A DNA stretch of 64,000 nt from Gemmatimonadaceae bacterium (GCA_051859245.1 JBHYGA010000004.1:384001-448000), one strand, 5' to 3'; counted from the stretch's first letter, positions 27,046-37,309 are shown. The notes: a model not told the origin generated them from the letters alone. Program-made: numbers and translations.

Positions 27046-29367
27046 TTATCGCAAGCGCACAATCGCGAGTTGCACGTTGGCCGGCGGCGCTTGCCCATTG
27101 AATGACACCGACACCAGCGCGCGTTGCGCATTCGGCACGGTGAAGCGCAGATAGCTGCTGCCACCGCCAGCGAGCGTAACACGTCGCACCGCGTTTGATG
27201 TGAAGGTGCGCGTAGCCAACGGGTAGGTGCCGATGGGTTGACCACTCAGCGTAAGCGCTGGAAGGATGGAGCGGAAATTCCACGCGGGTACCGTGTACTC
27301 CGCCGCAACACCAGCCGCAAAGTCATCAGCAATGTTCGACACCGCCCAGTCGCGCAACCACGTGCTCAGCGCGCCGTTGGGAATGGCTGCCGAAAGATTC
27401 TCAATGCCGGTTCTCGGACCGCTCACCAGCTGACGATAGAACGCGGCTTCGCTCTGCGGTTGACGACCCGCTGCGTAGCGCAGGAAATGCCACGACGCAC
27501 CACGTGTTGCGAGCGAATCGTTTGACGCATAGGGTGATTGCGATTCCGGTGCGCGCAGATAGTTGGTCCACCGCGCAAAGTTCTGCGCCGCGTAATCGGT
27601 AAAGATCTGCGCCCTGGTGGCATTCGGTGCGACCTGCGTGAGACCGAGATTCTCGCGCGAGGTGAATCCGGCCAGTCGGAAGTACAGCAACTCTTCCGCC
27701 GTATGCGCGAGTCCTTCGTCGAGCCACACTTCTTCGTTGGTCGCCGCGTTTGGCGTGACCAGCAGTCGACGTCCCGAGTTGATCAGATGCTGGAACTCGT
27801 GCGCCACGGTGGTGCGATTGAGTCGCGTCACATCGGCTTTGCTGCGACGATTGCCATTGACCGCACCGTTCGGATCGGCCACGAGCAGGTACATCATTTC
27901 ACGTTCATTGCTGTTCGCACAGGCTGGCAATCCGTTGCGTGCGGTGCGCGGATACAGATCACGCGCAAAGAAGAATCCGCCCACAATGAAGTTGGCACCT
28001 TGCGGCGTGAGTTGGTTCACCGCGCGTGTGTAAAAGAGCGTGATCCGACCAAACCCACTCACGTTGGACGGCTCGCCGAAGTACTCCACGTCGAGTGGGT
28101 ACGTGAGTGTATCAAACGTGGCGGCAATGGCCGCGTACTCGTCGTCGGTGTAGCCGCCACTCGGATTCGTGGTGTCCGCCACAATCACCGCGCGTTGCGA
28201 GACGGCCACCACGCGGCCCGTGCGCATGTTCGGTTGCGAGCAGGCAGAAAGCGGTTGTGAATTCAGCTGCACAAAAGACCCAACCGCAGGCGGTTGGATT
28301 TGCGCCGACAAACCCGACAGGTCGTTGCGTCCACCACCGCCAAAGCGATCGCGTGCCGCACCAACATGCGCCGCGAGCTCGGTGCGTTCACGCCGGCGAA
28401 GCGCAAGCTCAAATCCGCCGTCACGCTGTTCTGCCGCCACGCTGTTCATAAGTGGTGCGGGCGCCATCGCCATGAACGCGGACGCCACCGACGCACTCGG
28501 CGCCGGCCCAACACCCAGCGCGAGGGCATCAAGCGCCGTGGTTGACGTGAACGTTGGATTCGCGTTGAGCGCGACGAGCGCAAACTCGGCGCCGGCCGAA
28601 GCGGCGGCAATGCATCGCTCCGCACTGCCGGTCGCGGCGTTCAGCAATACCACGCTTCCGACCGCCGGAGATACCGGCGTCCGGTTGCCACAAAATGATG
28701 TGCCGGGCGGACCAACAAGAACGTCGACTGTGTCGGCAATCGCGCCGGTTGGGCCGGTCGCGCTGACAACGGCACGACCCGTGCCCTGCGCGATGGCGGT
28801 GACCAAGCCGTTGGAGACAGAAATGATTGCCGGCTCGAGCGAACTCCACGAAAGCGCGAGCTGATCCACAAGATTTCCGAACTGATCGCGCGCGTTGGCC
28901 TGTACGCGAACCGTGTCGCCGACGCCGAGCGAGAGCGAACCGGGCGTGGTGACAAGTCGAGACGCTGCACCGGCGCGCACGGTGGCGGTAAACGTGACCG
29001 GTGCAACGCCTGACACATTCGCCGTGGCGATCACGGTGCCGGTTTGTGTGCCGAGCGTCCATTCCGATTGTGCGCGGCCTTCGTTGTTCGTTTGGACGGC
29101 GGTTGGCGACAGCGAGCCACCACCTGGCACCACGCCGAAGGTCACGCGGACATCGGGGATCGGCCGGCCGTCTTCATCGAGCACGGTGACGGCGAGCGCG
29201 ATGGGCAGTCGTTGCCCCACGACGCCGTCTTGCGAGTTGCCGCTTTCCACGCGAAGCGCCGAGGCGATTGGTGGTGGACCAGCCACGGATTCTCCTCCGC
29301 AGGCGGAGAGCATGGTGGCCGCCAGCAAGGAAAGCGCGAACGACGGAAGGAAACGGAAGCCGGGCAT
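27046..29367 (-). CDS. lipoprotein with Ig-like domains and zinc metallopeptidase (gluzincin, M30-like) domain
   Basis: Lipobox LSAC, two Ig-like domains, 'TVAHEFQHLIN' and downstream 'WLDEGLAH'. Confidence 0.8.
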   Translation of the reverse strand: MPGFRFLPSFALSLLAATMLSACGGESVAGPPPIASALRVESGNSQDGVVGQRLPIALAVTVLDEDGRPIPDVRVTFGVVPGGGSLSPTAVQTNNEGRAQSEWTLGTQTGTVIATANVSGVAPVTFTATVRAGAASRLVTTPGSLSLGVGDTVRVQANARDQFGNLVDQLALSWSSLEPAIISVSNGLVTAIAQGTGRAVVSATGPTGAIADTVDVLVGPPGTSFCGNRTPVSPAVGSVVLLNAATGSAERCIAAASAGAEFALVALNANPTFTSTTALDALALGVGPAPSASVASAFMAMAPAPLMNSVAAEQRDGGFELALRRRERTELAAHVGAARDRFGGGGRNDLSGLSAQIQPPAVGSFVQLNSQPLSACSQPNMRTGRVVAVSQRAVIVADTTNPSGGYTDDEYAAIAATFDTLTYPLDVEYFGEPSNVSGFGRITLFYTRAVNQLTPQGANFIVGGFFFARDLYPRTARNGLPACANSNEREMMYLLVADPNGAVNGNRRSKADVTRLNRTTVAHEFQHLINSGRRLLVTPNAATNEEVWLDEGLAHTAEELLYFRLAGFTSRENLGLTQVAPNATRAQIFTDYAAQNFARWTNYLRAPESQSPYASNDSLATRGASWHFLRYAAGRQPQSEAAFYRQLVSGPRTGIENLSAAIPNGALSTWLRDWAVSNIADDFAAGVAAEYTVPAWNFRSILPALTLSGQPIGTYPLATRTFTSNAVRRVTLAGGGSSYLRFTVPNAQRALVSVSFNGQAPPANVQLAIVRLR

Positions 29368-29496
29368 AACGTGGGCCGGAGAAACGGTGCCGGCGCGCGA
29401 AGCCGGGTTCGACAGGCGGGTTGGGCAACAGGGGAACACAGAGGATTGTAGCGCCTCGATGCAACCCTCGTCGCTGGCTATGGTACATTTCACACT

Positions 29497-29970
29497 ATGT
29501 ACGACGGAAGTGTTCCCGCCCGCCCGCCGTTTCGTGGCGTGCGTTTCGAGGCTCTGGCCCCGCTGGTGTTCGCCGTTGCGCTGTCTGGCTGCGTAGGCGA
29601 ACCGGCGCGTTCAATTCGCTCCAGCGCCGAGGCGTTGATTCCGAGCGCCCTGGCGGCTGACGAACTGCCTGTGATGCTGAACGAGACGTCGCCTTTTTAC
29701 TACCCCGTCTCCGCGTGGGATCAGAAAATTCAGGGCAACGTGATGCTGCGCTTGCATGTGGACACCGACGGGCGGGCTGTGCGTGAGTCCACCACGGTGG
29801 CGCGCACGTCGGGTGTACCCTCACTTGATTCCGCCGCGGTGGCTGGTGCGGTCAAACTGCGTTTTCGTCCAGCTCGCCGGAGCGGCACGCCAACGGCCGT
29901 CAGTTTGCTCTTTCCGGTGCACTTTCGTCATCCTGATGGGCCGCCTTTTCCGGGCGATACGGTTCGCTGA
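29497..29970 (+). CDS. TonB C-terminal domain protein
   Basis: 'YYPVSAWDQKIQGNVMLRLHVDTDG...SGVPSLDSAAV...RFRPA...FPVHF'; N-terminal LSGC lipobox. Confidence 0.85.
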   Translation: MYDGSVPARPPFRGVRFEALAPLVFAVALSGCVGEPARSIRSSAEALIPSALAADELPVMLNETSPFYYPVSAWDQKIQGNVMLRLHVDTDGRAVRESTTVARTSGVPSLDSAAVAGAVKLRFRPARRSGTPTAVSLLFPVHFRHPDGPPFPGDTVR

Positions 29971-30023
29971 ACGCGAGCCCGACTTCGCCCAACTCGTACG
30001 TCACCCTCGACGCTCCCCTCGCC

Positions 30024-31451
30024 ATGGCGACGCTGCATACTTCCGATCCTGCCACCACCGATCACGTTCGCCACCGTCGCGCGTATGAGACGGTGCTCGA
30101 CACCATTGGGTGGACGCCCCTGATTCGCCTTTCGCGCGTTACGCGCGGTATGCGCACGCCGGTGTTCGGCAAAGCGGATTTTTTCAATCCCGGTGGTTCG
30201 GTTAAGGACCGCATTGGCTTGCCCATGATCGAGTCGTTGGAAGCGTCAGGTCATCTCAAGCCGGGCGGAACGATCGTTGAGGCCACGAGCGGCAACACAG
30301 GCGTTGGTCTGGCGTTGGCGGCCGCCGTGAAAGGGTACAAGTGCGTGTTCACAATGCCCGACAAAATGTCGCAGGAAAAAGTGCGACTCATGAAAGCGTT
30401 CGGTGCCGAAGTGATCATTACGCCCACCGCGGTGCCACCGGACCACCCGCAGAACTATGTGCAGTGGGCCAAGCGCATTGTGCGCGAAACACCAGGCGCC
30501 GTGCTTGCTGGTCAGTTTGAAAATCCGGCCAATCCGGCGGCGCACGTGGCGACCACGGGACCGGAGTTGTGGGAGCAGACGGAAGGTCGCATCACGCACT
30601 TTGTGGCCTCCGCCGGAACGGGCGGCACCGTGAGCGGCGTGGGGCGGTTTCTGAAAAAGCAGAATCCGAACATCAAGATCATCGCGGCGGATCCAGCGGG
30701 TTCTGTGCTCGCCGAACTATGGCGCACGCACGGCGAAGGACACCCCACCGGCGCGCCGTACAAGGTGGAAGGCGTGGGTCAGGACTGCGTGCCGCAGACG
30801 CTCGACATGAGTGTGGTTGACGAGTTCATCACGGTTGGCGACAAAGATGCGTTCGCGATGGCGCGTCGTCTCACACGCGAAGAAGGACTGTTTGTTGGTG
30901 GCTCCGCCGGACTCATCGCGCACGCGGCACTCACGGTAGCGCGTCGCCTCGATGATCCGAACGCGTATGTGGTCACGTTCCTGTGCGATACCGGCGAGCG
31001 TTACCTGAGCAAGCTGTACAACGACGAATGGATGCGCGAAAACCAGATGCTTGATGCACCGAGCACCGCACTTGAAGCGGTACTCGGCAACAAGAGTGGA
31101 TCGGCGCCGATCGTAGTGAGTGTTGCGCCAGGCATGAGTGTGCGACAGGCGCTTGGGCTGATGTCATTGCATGACGTTTCGCAGTTGCCCGTCATGGAAG
31201 GCAGCGTGTGCGTGGGCAGCGTGGCGGAAAGTCAGCTCACCACGCGTTCGCTCGGCAACGCCAAGGTGCTTGATCAGACGGTGGGCGATGTGATGGACGG
31301 ACCATTCCCGGTGGTTGATGGCGATCAGCCAGTGGAGCAGGTGGCGAAGCTGTTGTCCAAGGCGAACCGCGCGGTGCTCGTGAAGAAGGGTGGCGTAGTG
31401 CAAGGCATTGTGACGCGGTTTGATGTGCTTGAGTTTCTGATGGGGAAGTAA
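30024..31451 (+). CDS. cystathionine beta-synthase (PLP enzyme + tandem CBS domains)
   Basis: 'NPGGSVKDRI', 'EATSGNTG', 'GTGGT', 'YKVEGVG', 'DTGERYLSK', C-terminal CBS pair. Confidence 0.93.
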   Translation: MATLHTSDPATTDHVRHRRAYETVLDTIGWTPLIRLSRVTRGMRTPVFGKADFFNPGGSVKDRIGLPMIESLEASGHLKPGGTIVEATSGNTGVGLALAAAVKGYKCVFTMPDKMSQEKVRLMKAFGAEVIITPTAVPPDHPQNYVQWAKRIVRETPGAVLAGQFENPANPAAHVATTGPELWEQTEGRITHFVASAGTGGTVSGVGRFLKKQNPNIKIIAADPAGSVLAELWRTHGEGHPTGAPYKVEGVGQDCVPQTLDMSVVDEFITVGDKDAFAMARRLTREEGLFVGGSAGLIAHAALTVARRLDDPNAYVVTFLCDTGERYLSKLYNDEWMRENQMLDAPSTALEAVLGNKSGSAPIVVSVAPGMSVRQALGLMSLHDVSQLPVMEGSVCVGSVAESQLTTRSLGNAKVLDQTVGDVMDGPFPVVDGDQPVEQVAKLLSKANRAVLVKKGGVVQGIVTRFDVLEFLMGK

Positions 31452-31676
31452 GTGACACGCGCATCTGCTCTCACCAGCGCAACCGAAGCGGCTTCGTGTG
31501 AGACTGAGAGCGAGATACTCTCGCGCGTTGCGACGCAGAACCTCGCGGTTGCTGCGTCGCTCCGTGCGACGGCGTGGGCGTTAACGGAGTCAGGATTGCG
31601 CACGTTCCGCCCAGAGCTTTCGGAGTCGCAGGTTCAGGACGAGGTGCGTGCTCAGTTTCGCCGAGCTTCAGGCTGA
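31452..31676 (+). CDS. small helical protein, putative antitoxin (MenA1/Rv0078B-like)
   Basis: 'AWALTESGLRTFRPELSESQVQDEVRAQF' pattern; lies directly upstream of a nucleotidyltransferase remnant. Confidence 0.5.
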   Translation: MTRASALTSATEAASCETESEILSRVATQNLAVAASLRATAWALTESGLRTFRPELSESQVQDEVRAQFRRASG

Positions 31677-31688
31677 ACGAGACACTGC

Positions 31689-32046
31689 GTGGATGACCTG
31701 CTCGGTCGTTTTGCCGCGCCATTGATCGCGCTGGGCCTCCCGTACATGATCACGGGAGGAGCGGCTGCGTTCGATGCTGCCGACACCTATGTCCCGCCTG
31801 TTGAGGTGTTGGAGGTCGAGGCCGGGCGGCGACTCCACGGTCATTTCAATGTGATTCACGCACCCACGTCGCTCCGTGCGGATGTGTACATCGCGGGTGA
31901 GGATCCGTTGTCACGTGCGTGATATCAAGCGCATGCTTGCACGCGCGGTGGTCGCGATTGACCGACATGTGGTTGAGGCGTTCGCGGCTGAGCGTGGCCT
32001 CCTGCGTACGTGGGCGATCGCAACGGGCACGCAGTCGAGCGACTAG
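31689..32046 (+). pseudogene. internally deleted/frameshifted nucleotidyltransferase (MenT/AbiEii-like toxin)
   Basis: 'LGLPYMITGGAAA' joins directly to 'FDAADTYVPP...GHFNVIH...RADVYIAG' with no DxD motif, then stops at 31922. A shifted frame (31918-32046) gives 'RDIKRML...IDRHVVEAFAAERGLLRTW'. Confidence 0.65.
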
Positions 32047-32954
32047 CCGCTGTCTTTGCTACGGTGGGCCGGTGGACTGACCAGCACCGGTAGCGTGGCA
32101 CCGCGAATGACTTTGTCGGCGACACTGCCCAGAACCGCCCGCTGCAGTGCGGCGCGTCCGTGCGTGGCGAGTGCGATCAGGAACGCATTCTCCGCTTTGG
32201 CCACGGCCAGCAGCGCACGCGCCGGATCGTCGTCCACCACCACGCGTGAGACAAACGTACGACCGGGCGCGGCGTATTTGGCGGCGAGTGGCGCGAGATA
32301 CTGCGTGCTGTGCAGTTCGGTGACTTCCTGTACCCAGCTTTGCGGGGTCACGTTGGCCGGGAGTGGCCGCTGCACACGACTGAGCACCACCTGACATGGC
32401 GCATGTCCGATTAATGCCATCGCGTCGCGCAGCGCCCGCTCGGAGTGTTCACTGCCATCAAGCCCCACCAGCACGCGCGGATAGAGCGGTTCCGCAGTGG
32501 TAACCAGCGCCCAGGGGCGCGCGTTGCGCACCACCAGCACCGGCGTATGGGTCTGTCGCAGTAATGCGTCGGTCACGCTTCCAAGCCACAAACGACTCAC
32601 GCCGCTGCGACCGTGTGATGCCATGACGATCAGATCAGCGCTCACGTCCTTGGCCACGGCGAGTAGCTGATCCACGATGGCGCCGTCGCGAAAATGCGTA
32701 GATGCGTTGACCTCGTGCTTGATGCGAAGGCGACGCGCCACGCGCTCGAGCTGCGAGCGAAGGTGGGTGCGGACGACGTCGACTCCACCGTCGCCAATAT
32801 CGGGGGCACCGAACTCGTTGGGCGCCGGCAGCACAACGGCAAGCGCCGTGGTCAGCGCCAAGGTAGCGCGGTGTTCCTGCGCCAGGGGGACCGCGACCGT
32901 GAGGGCGCGCTCGGCAAACCGGGAACCGTCCAGCGGGACGAGAATCGTCTGCAT
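32043..32954 (-). CDS. universal stress protein, tandem USP domains
   Basis: 'ILVPLDGSRFAE', 'DLIVMASHGRSG...LGSVTD'; second domain 'VLVGLDGS...ATHGR...LGSVADKV'. Confidence 0.93.
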   Translation of the reverse strand: MQTILVPLDGSRFAERALTVAVPLAQEHRATLALTTALAVVLPAPNEFGAPDIGDGGVDVVRTHLRSQLERVARRLRIKHEVNASTHFRDGAIVDQLLAVAKDVSADLIVMASHGRSGVSRLWLGSVTDALLRQTHTPVLVVRNARPWALVTTAEPLYPRVLVGLDGSEHSERALRDAMALIGHAPCQVVLSRVQRPLPANVTPQSWVQEVTELHSTQYLAPLAAKYAAPGRTFVSRVVVDDDPARALLAVAKAENAFLIALATHGRAALQRAVLGSVADKVIRGATLPVLVSPPAHRSKDSG

Positions 32955-33100
32955 TATGGGGCACCTCGCCAGAGAACAAAGCAGCCGGCGTCGCTGCCTT
33001 GCTGTAGTATGGCGCATCACTGGCTCCGACGCGAGGTACATGAATTCGCTTAACTTGGAGCCACGCGCCCGATCTCGCCTCCCGCCTCCCCATCGTGAAC

Positions 33101-35359
33101 ATGCGCCTGCTCGCCCTTCGTTCAATCGTCCTGCTCAGCAGTTTCGTCACGCTTGCCTGTAGCAGTGATTCGCCGCCAATGCGCGACAACGCGTCAACCA
33201 CCGGAGCGTCAGCAGAGGATATTGCCCGCTGGCAAGCGACGGCCGAACGCGTCACCATTACACGCGATGATTGGGGCGTACCGCATGTGCGAGGCGCGAC
33301 GGATGCGGATGTGGTGTTCGGCGTGATGTATGCGCAGGCTGAAGATGATTTTACGCGCATTGAGCAGAACTATCTCAACGCCATGGGTCGGCTGGCCGAG
33401 GCCGAGGGTGAGTCGGCGATCTATCAGGATTTGCGCATGAAGCTGTTCATCAATCCGGACAGCATGCGTGCGAAGTACGAGGCCAGCGGCGACTCGCTCA
33501 AAGTGCTGATGAATGCATTTGCTGATGGACTCAACTTCTATTTGCATACGCATCAGGAAACAAAGCCGCGCGTCATCACGCGTTTTGAACCATGGATGGC
33601 ACTCACGTTCAGCGAAGGCAGCATTGGCGGCGATATCGAATCCATTTCACTGCGTGATCTGCGCGCGTTTTACGAACCGCGGAATGCCACCGCAGCCGTT
33701 GGATCGTCCGCTTCCATGCAGGTCGCATTCGAGGAGTCGGTGCCGACGCCACGCGCCATCGAACCCGGTGGTTCGAATGGATTTGCGATTGCGCCATCGC
33801 GCAGTGCTTCAGGACACGCGCTGCTGCTCATCAATCCGCACACCTCGTTTTTCTTTCGTGCCGAAGCGCAGATGACCAGCGACGAAGGACTCAATGCCTA
33901 CGGGGCCATGACGTGGGGGCAGTTCTTCATCTACCAGGGATTCAACGAACGCACGGGCTGGATGCACACCTCGACGGGCGCCGATGCGATCGATGAGTAC
34001 GCCGAAACGATCACGGAATCGCCGGACGGAATCACCTACGCCTTTGGTACCGAGCAGCGGGCCGTGGTTTCTCAGCAGATCACGGTGCCGTTCAAGAGTG
34101 ACACGGGCATGGCCACGCGCACCTTCACGGTGTATCGCACGCATCACGGTCCGATTGTGCGCGAAGCCGACGGCAAATGGATTGCGATCAAGCTCATGGA
34201 AGAGCCGGTGAAAGCGCTTACCCAATCGTACTGGCGCACCAAGCAGCGCGACTTTGCGGGCTTCAAGCAAACGATGCAGTTGTACACCAACTCGTCGAAC
34301 AACACGGTGTTTGCAGATGGCGACGGCAGCATCGCCTACTTTCACGCGAACTTCATTCCCAAGCGCGATCCGCGATTTGACTGGGAGCGTCCGGTCGATG
34401 GCAGCAATCCGGCCACTGAATGGCAGGGCATTCACACGGTCGACGAAAGCCCGCTGATCAAGGATCCGGCGAACGGCTGGTTGCAGAATACGAACAACTG
34501 GCCCTACTCCGTAATCGGTGCCGGCAGCCCGAAGCCGAGCGCGTTTCCAAAGTACATGGACTATTTCGGTGAGAATCCGCGCGGGATTCATGCGGTACGC
34601 GTGCTGGAAAACCGCACGAACATGACGCTGGACTCGCTGATTGCCGCCGCGTACGACAATGAACTCACGGCGTTTGAAACGCTGCTGCCGGTTCTGTTTC
34701 GCGACTACGACGCGCTGCCCGCAGCGAGCCCACTTAAGGCGAAACTCGCCGATCAGATTGCGGCGTTGCGTGCGTGGGATCGTCGCTACTCGCTCACCAG
34801 CACGGAAACGTCACTGGCCATCTACTTTGGCGAGAATCTCTGGCGTACGGTCAGTGCCGATGCGGCCCGTGATCGTGTGAACACGTACGTGTACATGGAA
34901 ACGCGTGCGACGCCAGCGCAGCGCATTGAAGCGTTGAGCGCGGCGAGTGATACGCTGGCCGCACATTTTGGTTCGTGGCAAACGGCGTGGGGTGAGATCA
35001 ATCGCTTCCAGCGCATTACGGGTGATATTGTGCAACCGTTCAACGATGCGTCGCCCAGTGTGGCGGTGCCGTTCGCGTCGTCGCGTTGGGGATCACTGGC
35101 CGCCTTTGGTGCCGCCACGTTCAACGGCACGAAAAAACTCTACGGTACGCGCGGCAACAGTTTTGTTGCGGCGGTGGAGTTCGGTCCGCGCGTGAAAGCG
35201 AAGGCGGTTGTCGCCGGCGGGCAAAATGGCAATCCATCGTCGCCGCACTTTATGGATCAGGCCGAACGTTACGCGCGCGGTGAGTTCCGCGATGTGTATT
35301 TCTATCCAGATGAGCTGTCATCGCACACCGAACGTACGTACAAGCCAGGCCAGCCGTAG
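33101..35359 (+). CDS. penicillin/AHL/glutaryl acylase family Ntn hydrolase (peptidase S45) lipoprotein
   Basis: Lipobox TLAC, 'ITRDDWGVPHV', 'YAQAEDDF', autoprocessing 'G|SNGFAIAP', 'LLINPH', 'RTHHGPI', 'PHFMDQA'. Confidence 0.92.
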   Translation: MRLLALRSIVLLSSFVTLACSSDSPPMRDNASTTGASAEDIARWQATAERVTITRDDWGVPHVRGATDADVVFGVMYAQAEDDFTRIEQNYLNAMGRLAEAEGESAIYQDLRMKLFINPDSMRAKYEASGDSLKVLMNAFADGLNFYLHTHQETKPRVITRFEPWMALTFSEGSIGGDIESISLRDLRAFYEPRNATAAVGSSASMQVAFEESVPTPRAIEPGGSNGFAIAPSRSASGHALLLINPHTSFFFRAEAQMTSDEGLNAYGAMTWGQFFIYQGFNERTGWMHTSTGADAIDEYAETITESPDGITYAFGTEQRAVVSQQITVPFKSDTGMATRTFTVYRTHHGPIVREADGKWIAIKLMEEPVKALTQSYWRTKQRDFAGFKQTMQLYTNSSNNTVFADGDGSIAYFHANFIPKRDPRFDWERPVDGSNPATEWQGIHTVDESPLIKDPANGWLQNTNNWPYSVIGAGSPKPSAFPKYMDYFGENPRGIHAVRVLENRTNMTLDSLIAAAYDNELTAFETLLPVLFRDYDALPAASPLKAKLADQIAALRAWDRRYSLTSTETSLAIYFGENLWRTVSADAARDRVNTYVYMETRATPAQRIEALSAASDTLAAHFGSWQTAWGEINRFQRITGDIVQPFNDASPSVAVPFASSRWGSLAAFGAATFNGTKKLYGTRGNSFVAAVEFGPRVKAKAVVAGGQNGNPSSPHFMDQAERYARGEFRDVYFYPDELSSHTERTYKPGQP

Positions 35360-35392
35360 TTCGCGTTCACACCGCGCGCCTTTTGTTGAGGA

Positions 35393-35812
35393 GTGATCCA
35401 CATGTCGGAGATCAGCTGGTACTCACGGATGGCGCGCCTCACCGCTCAACAAACGGGGCGGCCGAAAACCTTTGCGCTCGCGGTTGGCGTGATCGCGGCG
35501 TGGATTGTGACGGGTCCGGTGTTCGGTTTCAGTGACACGTGGCAACTGGTGATCAACACTGGCACCACGATCATCACCTTTCTCATGGTGTTTCTGATTC
35601 AGAACACACAGAACCGCGATACGGAAGCCATGCAGGTGAAGCTGGACGAACTCATTCGCGCGACCCAAGGCGCACACAACGCGCTGCTCGATCTGGAAGA
35701 GATGGAAGCGGAGGAACTGGACGCGTTTCGTTCGCGCTATCAGGCGCTGGCAAAATCAGCGCGACGCGAACTGGCGCGTGGCAATGATGATACCGGCTCT
35801 CCGTCCGCGTAG
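35393..35812 (+). CDS. low-affinity iron permease family (Fet4-like) protein
   Basis: '[42 protein letters not shown]'. Confidence 0.9.
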   Translation: MIHMSEISWYSRMARLTAQQTGRPKTFALAVGVIAAWIVTGPVFGFSDTWQLVINTGTTIITFLMVFLIQNTQNRDTEAMQVKLDELIRATQGAHNALLDLEEMEAEELDAFRSRYQALAKSARRELARGNDDTGSPSA

Positions 35813-35877
35813 CACGCTCGCGGCAACACGCACCGTCTGGTGTTGCCAACACTCCACGTCAACACGCAAGACTGACC

Positions 35878-36198
35878 ATGATCGTCACCACCACACCGTC
35901 CATTGAAGGCAAGTCCATCACCAAATACTGTGGCATTGTGACCGGCGAAACGGTCATGGGCGCCAACATGTTCAAGGATCTGTTCGCCGGCATTCGTGAT
36001 ATGGTAGGCGGGCGGTCCGGCACGTACGAGAAGGAACTGCAGAAGGCGCGCGAAATGGCGATGGAAGAAATGCAGATGCGCGCCGCCGAGCTCGGGGCGA
36101 ATGCCGTGGTCGGTGTGGACCTCGACTACGAAGTGCTCGGCGAGACCAACGGCATGCTGATGGTGTCGGCCAGTGGAACGGCGGTCGTGGTGCGATAG
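35878..36198 (+). CDS. YbjQ/UPF0145 family putative heavy-metal-binding protein
   Basis: '[11 protein letters not shown]', '[15 protein letters not shown]', '[13 protein letters not shown]', '[11 protein letters not shown]'. Confidence 0.93.
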   Translation: MIVTTTPSIEGKSITKYCGIVTGETVMGANMFKDLFAGIRDMVGGRSGTYEKELQKAREMAMEEMQMRAAELGANAVVGVDLDYEVLGETNGMLMVSASGTAVVVR

Positions 36199-36264
36199 CG
36201 TGTTTGCGACATGATGTGTACCACACGGTGACCGCATCGTCACGGGTGCACGTCATGTTGCAGC

Positions 36265-37230
36265 ATGCAACGTCGTGGACGCTCGGGGGTGGTGGGCCTG
36301 GTTGGTGCTTCGCTGGCACTCGCGTTCGCTGCCCCTGCGCCACCAACGTTTGTCACAGTGGCGAGTGGAGAGCGCGTGGCTATTGTTCGCAGCAATCCAA
36401 CATCGCGCGATGCGCATCGTGCTCCGGTTGTCCTGTTGCCGGGCGTGCTTGGTTCGGCATTCTCCATGCGACACGTCACGCACGAGTTGCTGGAGCTCGG
36501 GCACGATGTCGCGGTGATTGATCCGCTGGGAATGGGCGCCTCGGATCGGCCGCGTCAGGCGAATTATTCGCTGGATGCGCAGGCGCGACGCGTGCTCGCG
36601 GTGCTCGACACCCTCGGTTGGCGCGACGTGGTGATTGCCGGGCATGGGACCAGTGCGACCATTGCGCTGCGCGCCGCGGCACTGGAGCGATTCAGGGTGC
36701 GCGGGATAGTGTCTATTTCTGGTGGTCCGGTTGACGCGCAGAGCACTGGCGGATTGCAGTCGGCGATGCGGTTTGCGCCACTGCTTGATTCGCCAATTGG
36801 TCGATCGCTTGGACGCCGGCGTTTCGCAAGCCAACTGCGCGCGCGCAGCGCTACACACCAGTGGGTGTCCGATAGCGTGGTGCGCGTGTATCTGCGTCCG
36901 TTCGAGGTGGACATGCGTGGTTCGCTCCGCGCGCTGCACGCTATGAGTACCAGTGTGGAGCCGCAAAGCGTGCGTGACGTACTGCGCGACGTGCGCGCTC
37001 CGCTTACCGTGGTGGTTGGCGATCGACCAACAGAAGGTGCACCCACGCCGGAGCAGTTACGCATGCTGCACGAGCTGCCGGGAATGGTGCGCATTGATAC
37101 GCTCGCGGGCGTTGGGGCAATGCCGCATGAAGAAGCGCCACGCGCGGTAGCCCTGGCCATTGCCCGGCTCACGCTACGCGGCGTGTCTGGCCACGATCCG
37201 CGAAACCCGGGTCAAATGACTCTGCGGTAG
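36265..37230 (+). CDS. alpha/beta hydrolase fold protein with degenerate catalytic triad
   Basis: 'PVVLLPG', 'IDPLGMGASDRP', 'YSLDAQA'. The elbow reads GHGTS and the His motif reads GAMPHEE. Confidence 0.8.
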   Translation: MQRRGRSGVVGLVGASLALAFAAPAPPTFVTVASGERVAIVRSNPTSRDAHRAPVVLLPGVLGSAFSMRHVTHELLELGHDVAVIDPLGMGASDRPRQANYSLDAQARRVLAVLDTLGWRDVVIAGHGTSATIALRAAALERFRVRGIVSISGGPVDAQSTGGLQSAMRFAPLLDSPIGRSLGRRRFASQLRARSATHQWVSDSVVRVYLRPFEVDMRGSLRALHAMSTSVEPQSVRDVLRDVRAPLTVVVGDRPTEGAPTPEQLRMLHELPGMVRIDTLAGVGAMPHEEAPRAVALAIARLTLRGVSGHDPRNPGQMTLR

Positions 37231-37309
37231 CGCTGCATGGGTCCGTAAGGTTACTGTCGCGCGCACGGTGCGCTCGTACGCGCTCCTCAACCCTTTACGG
37301 AATACTCCC

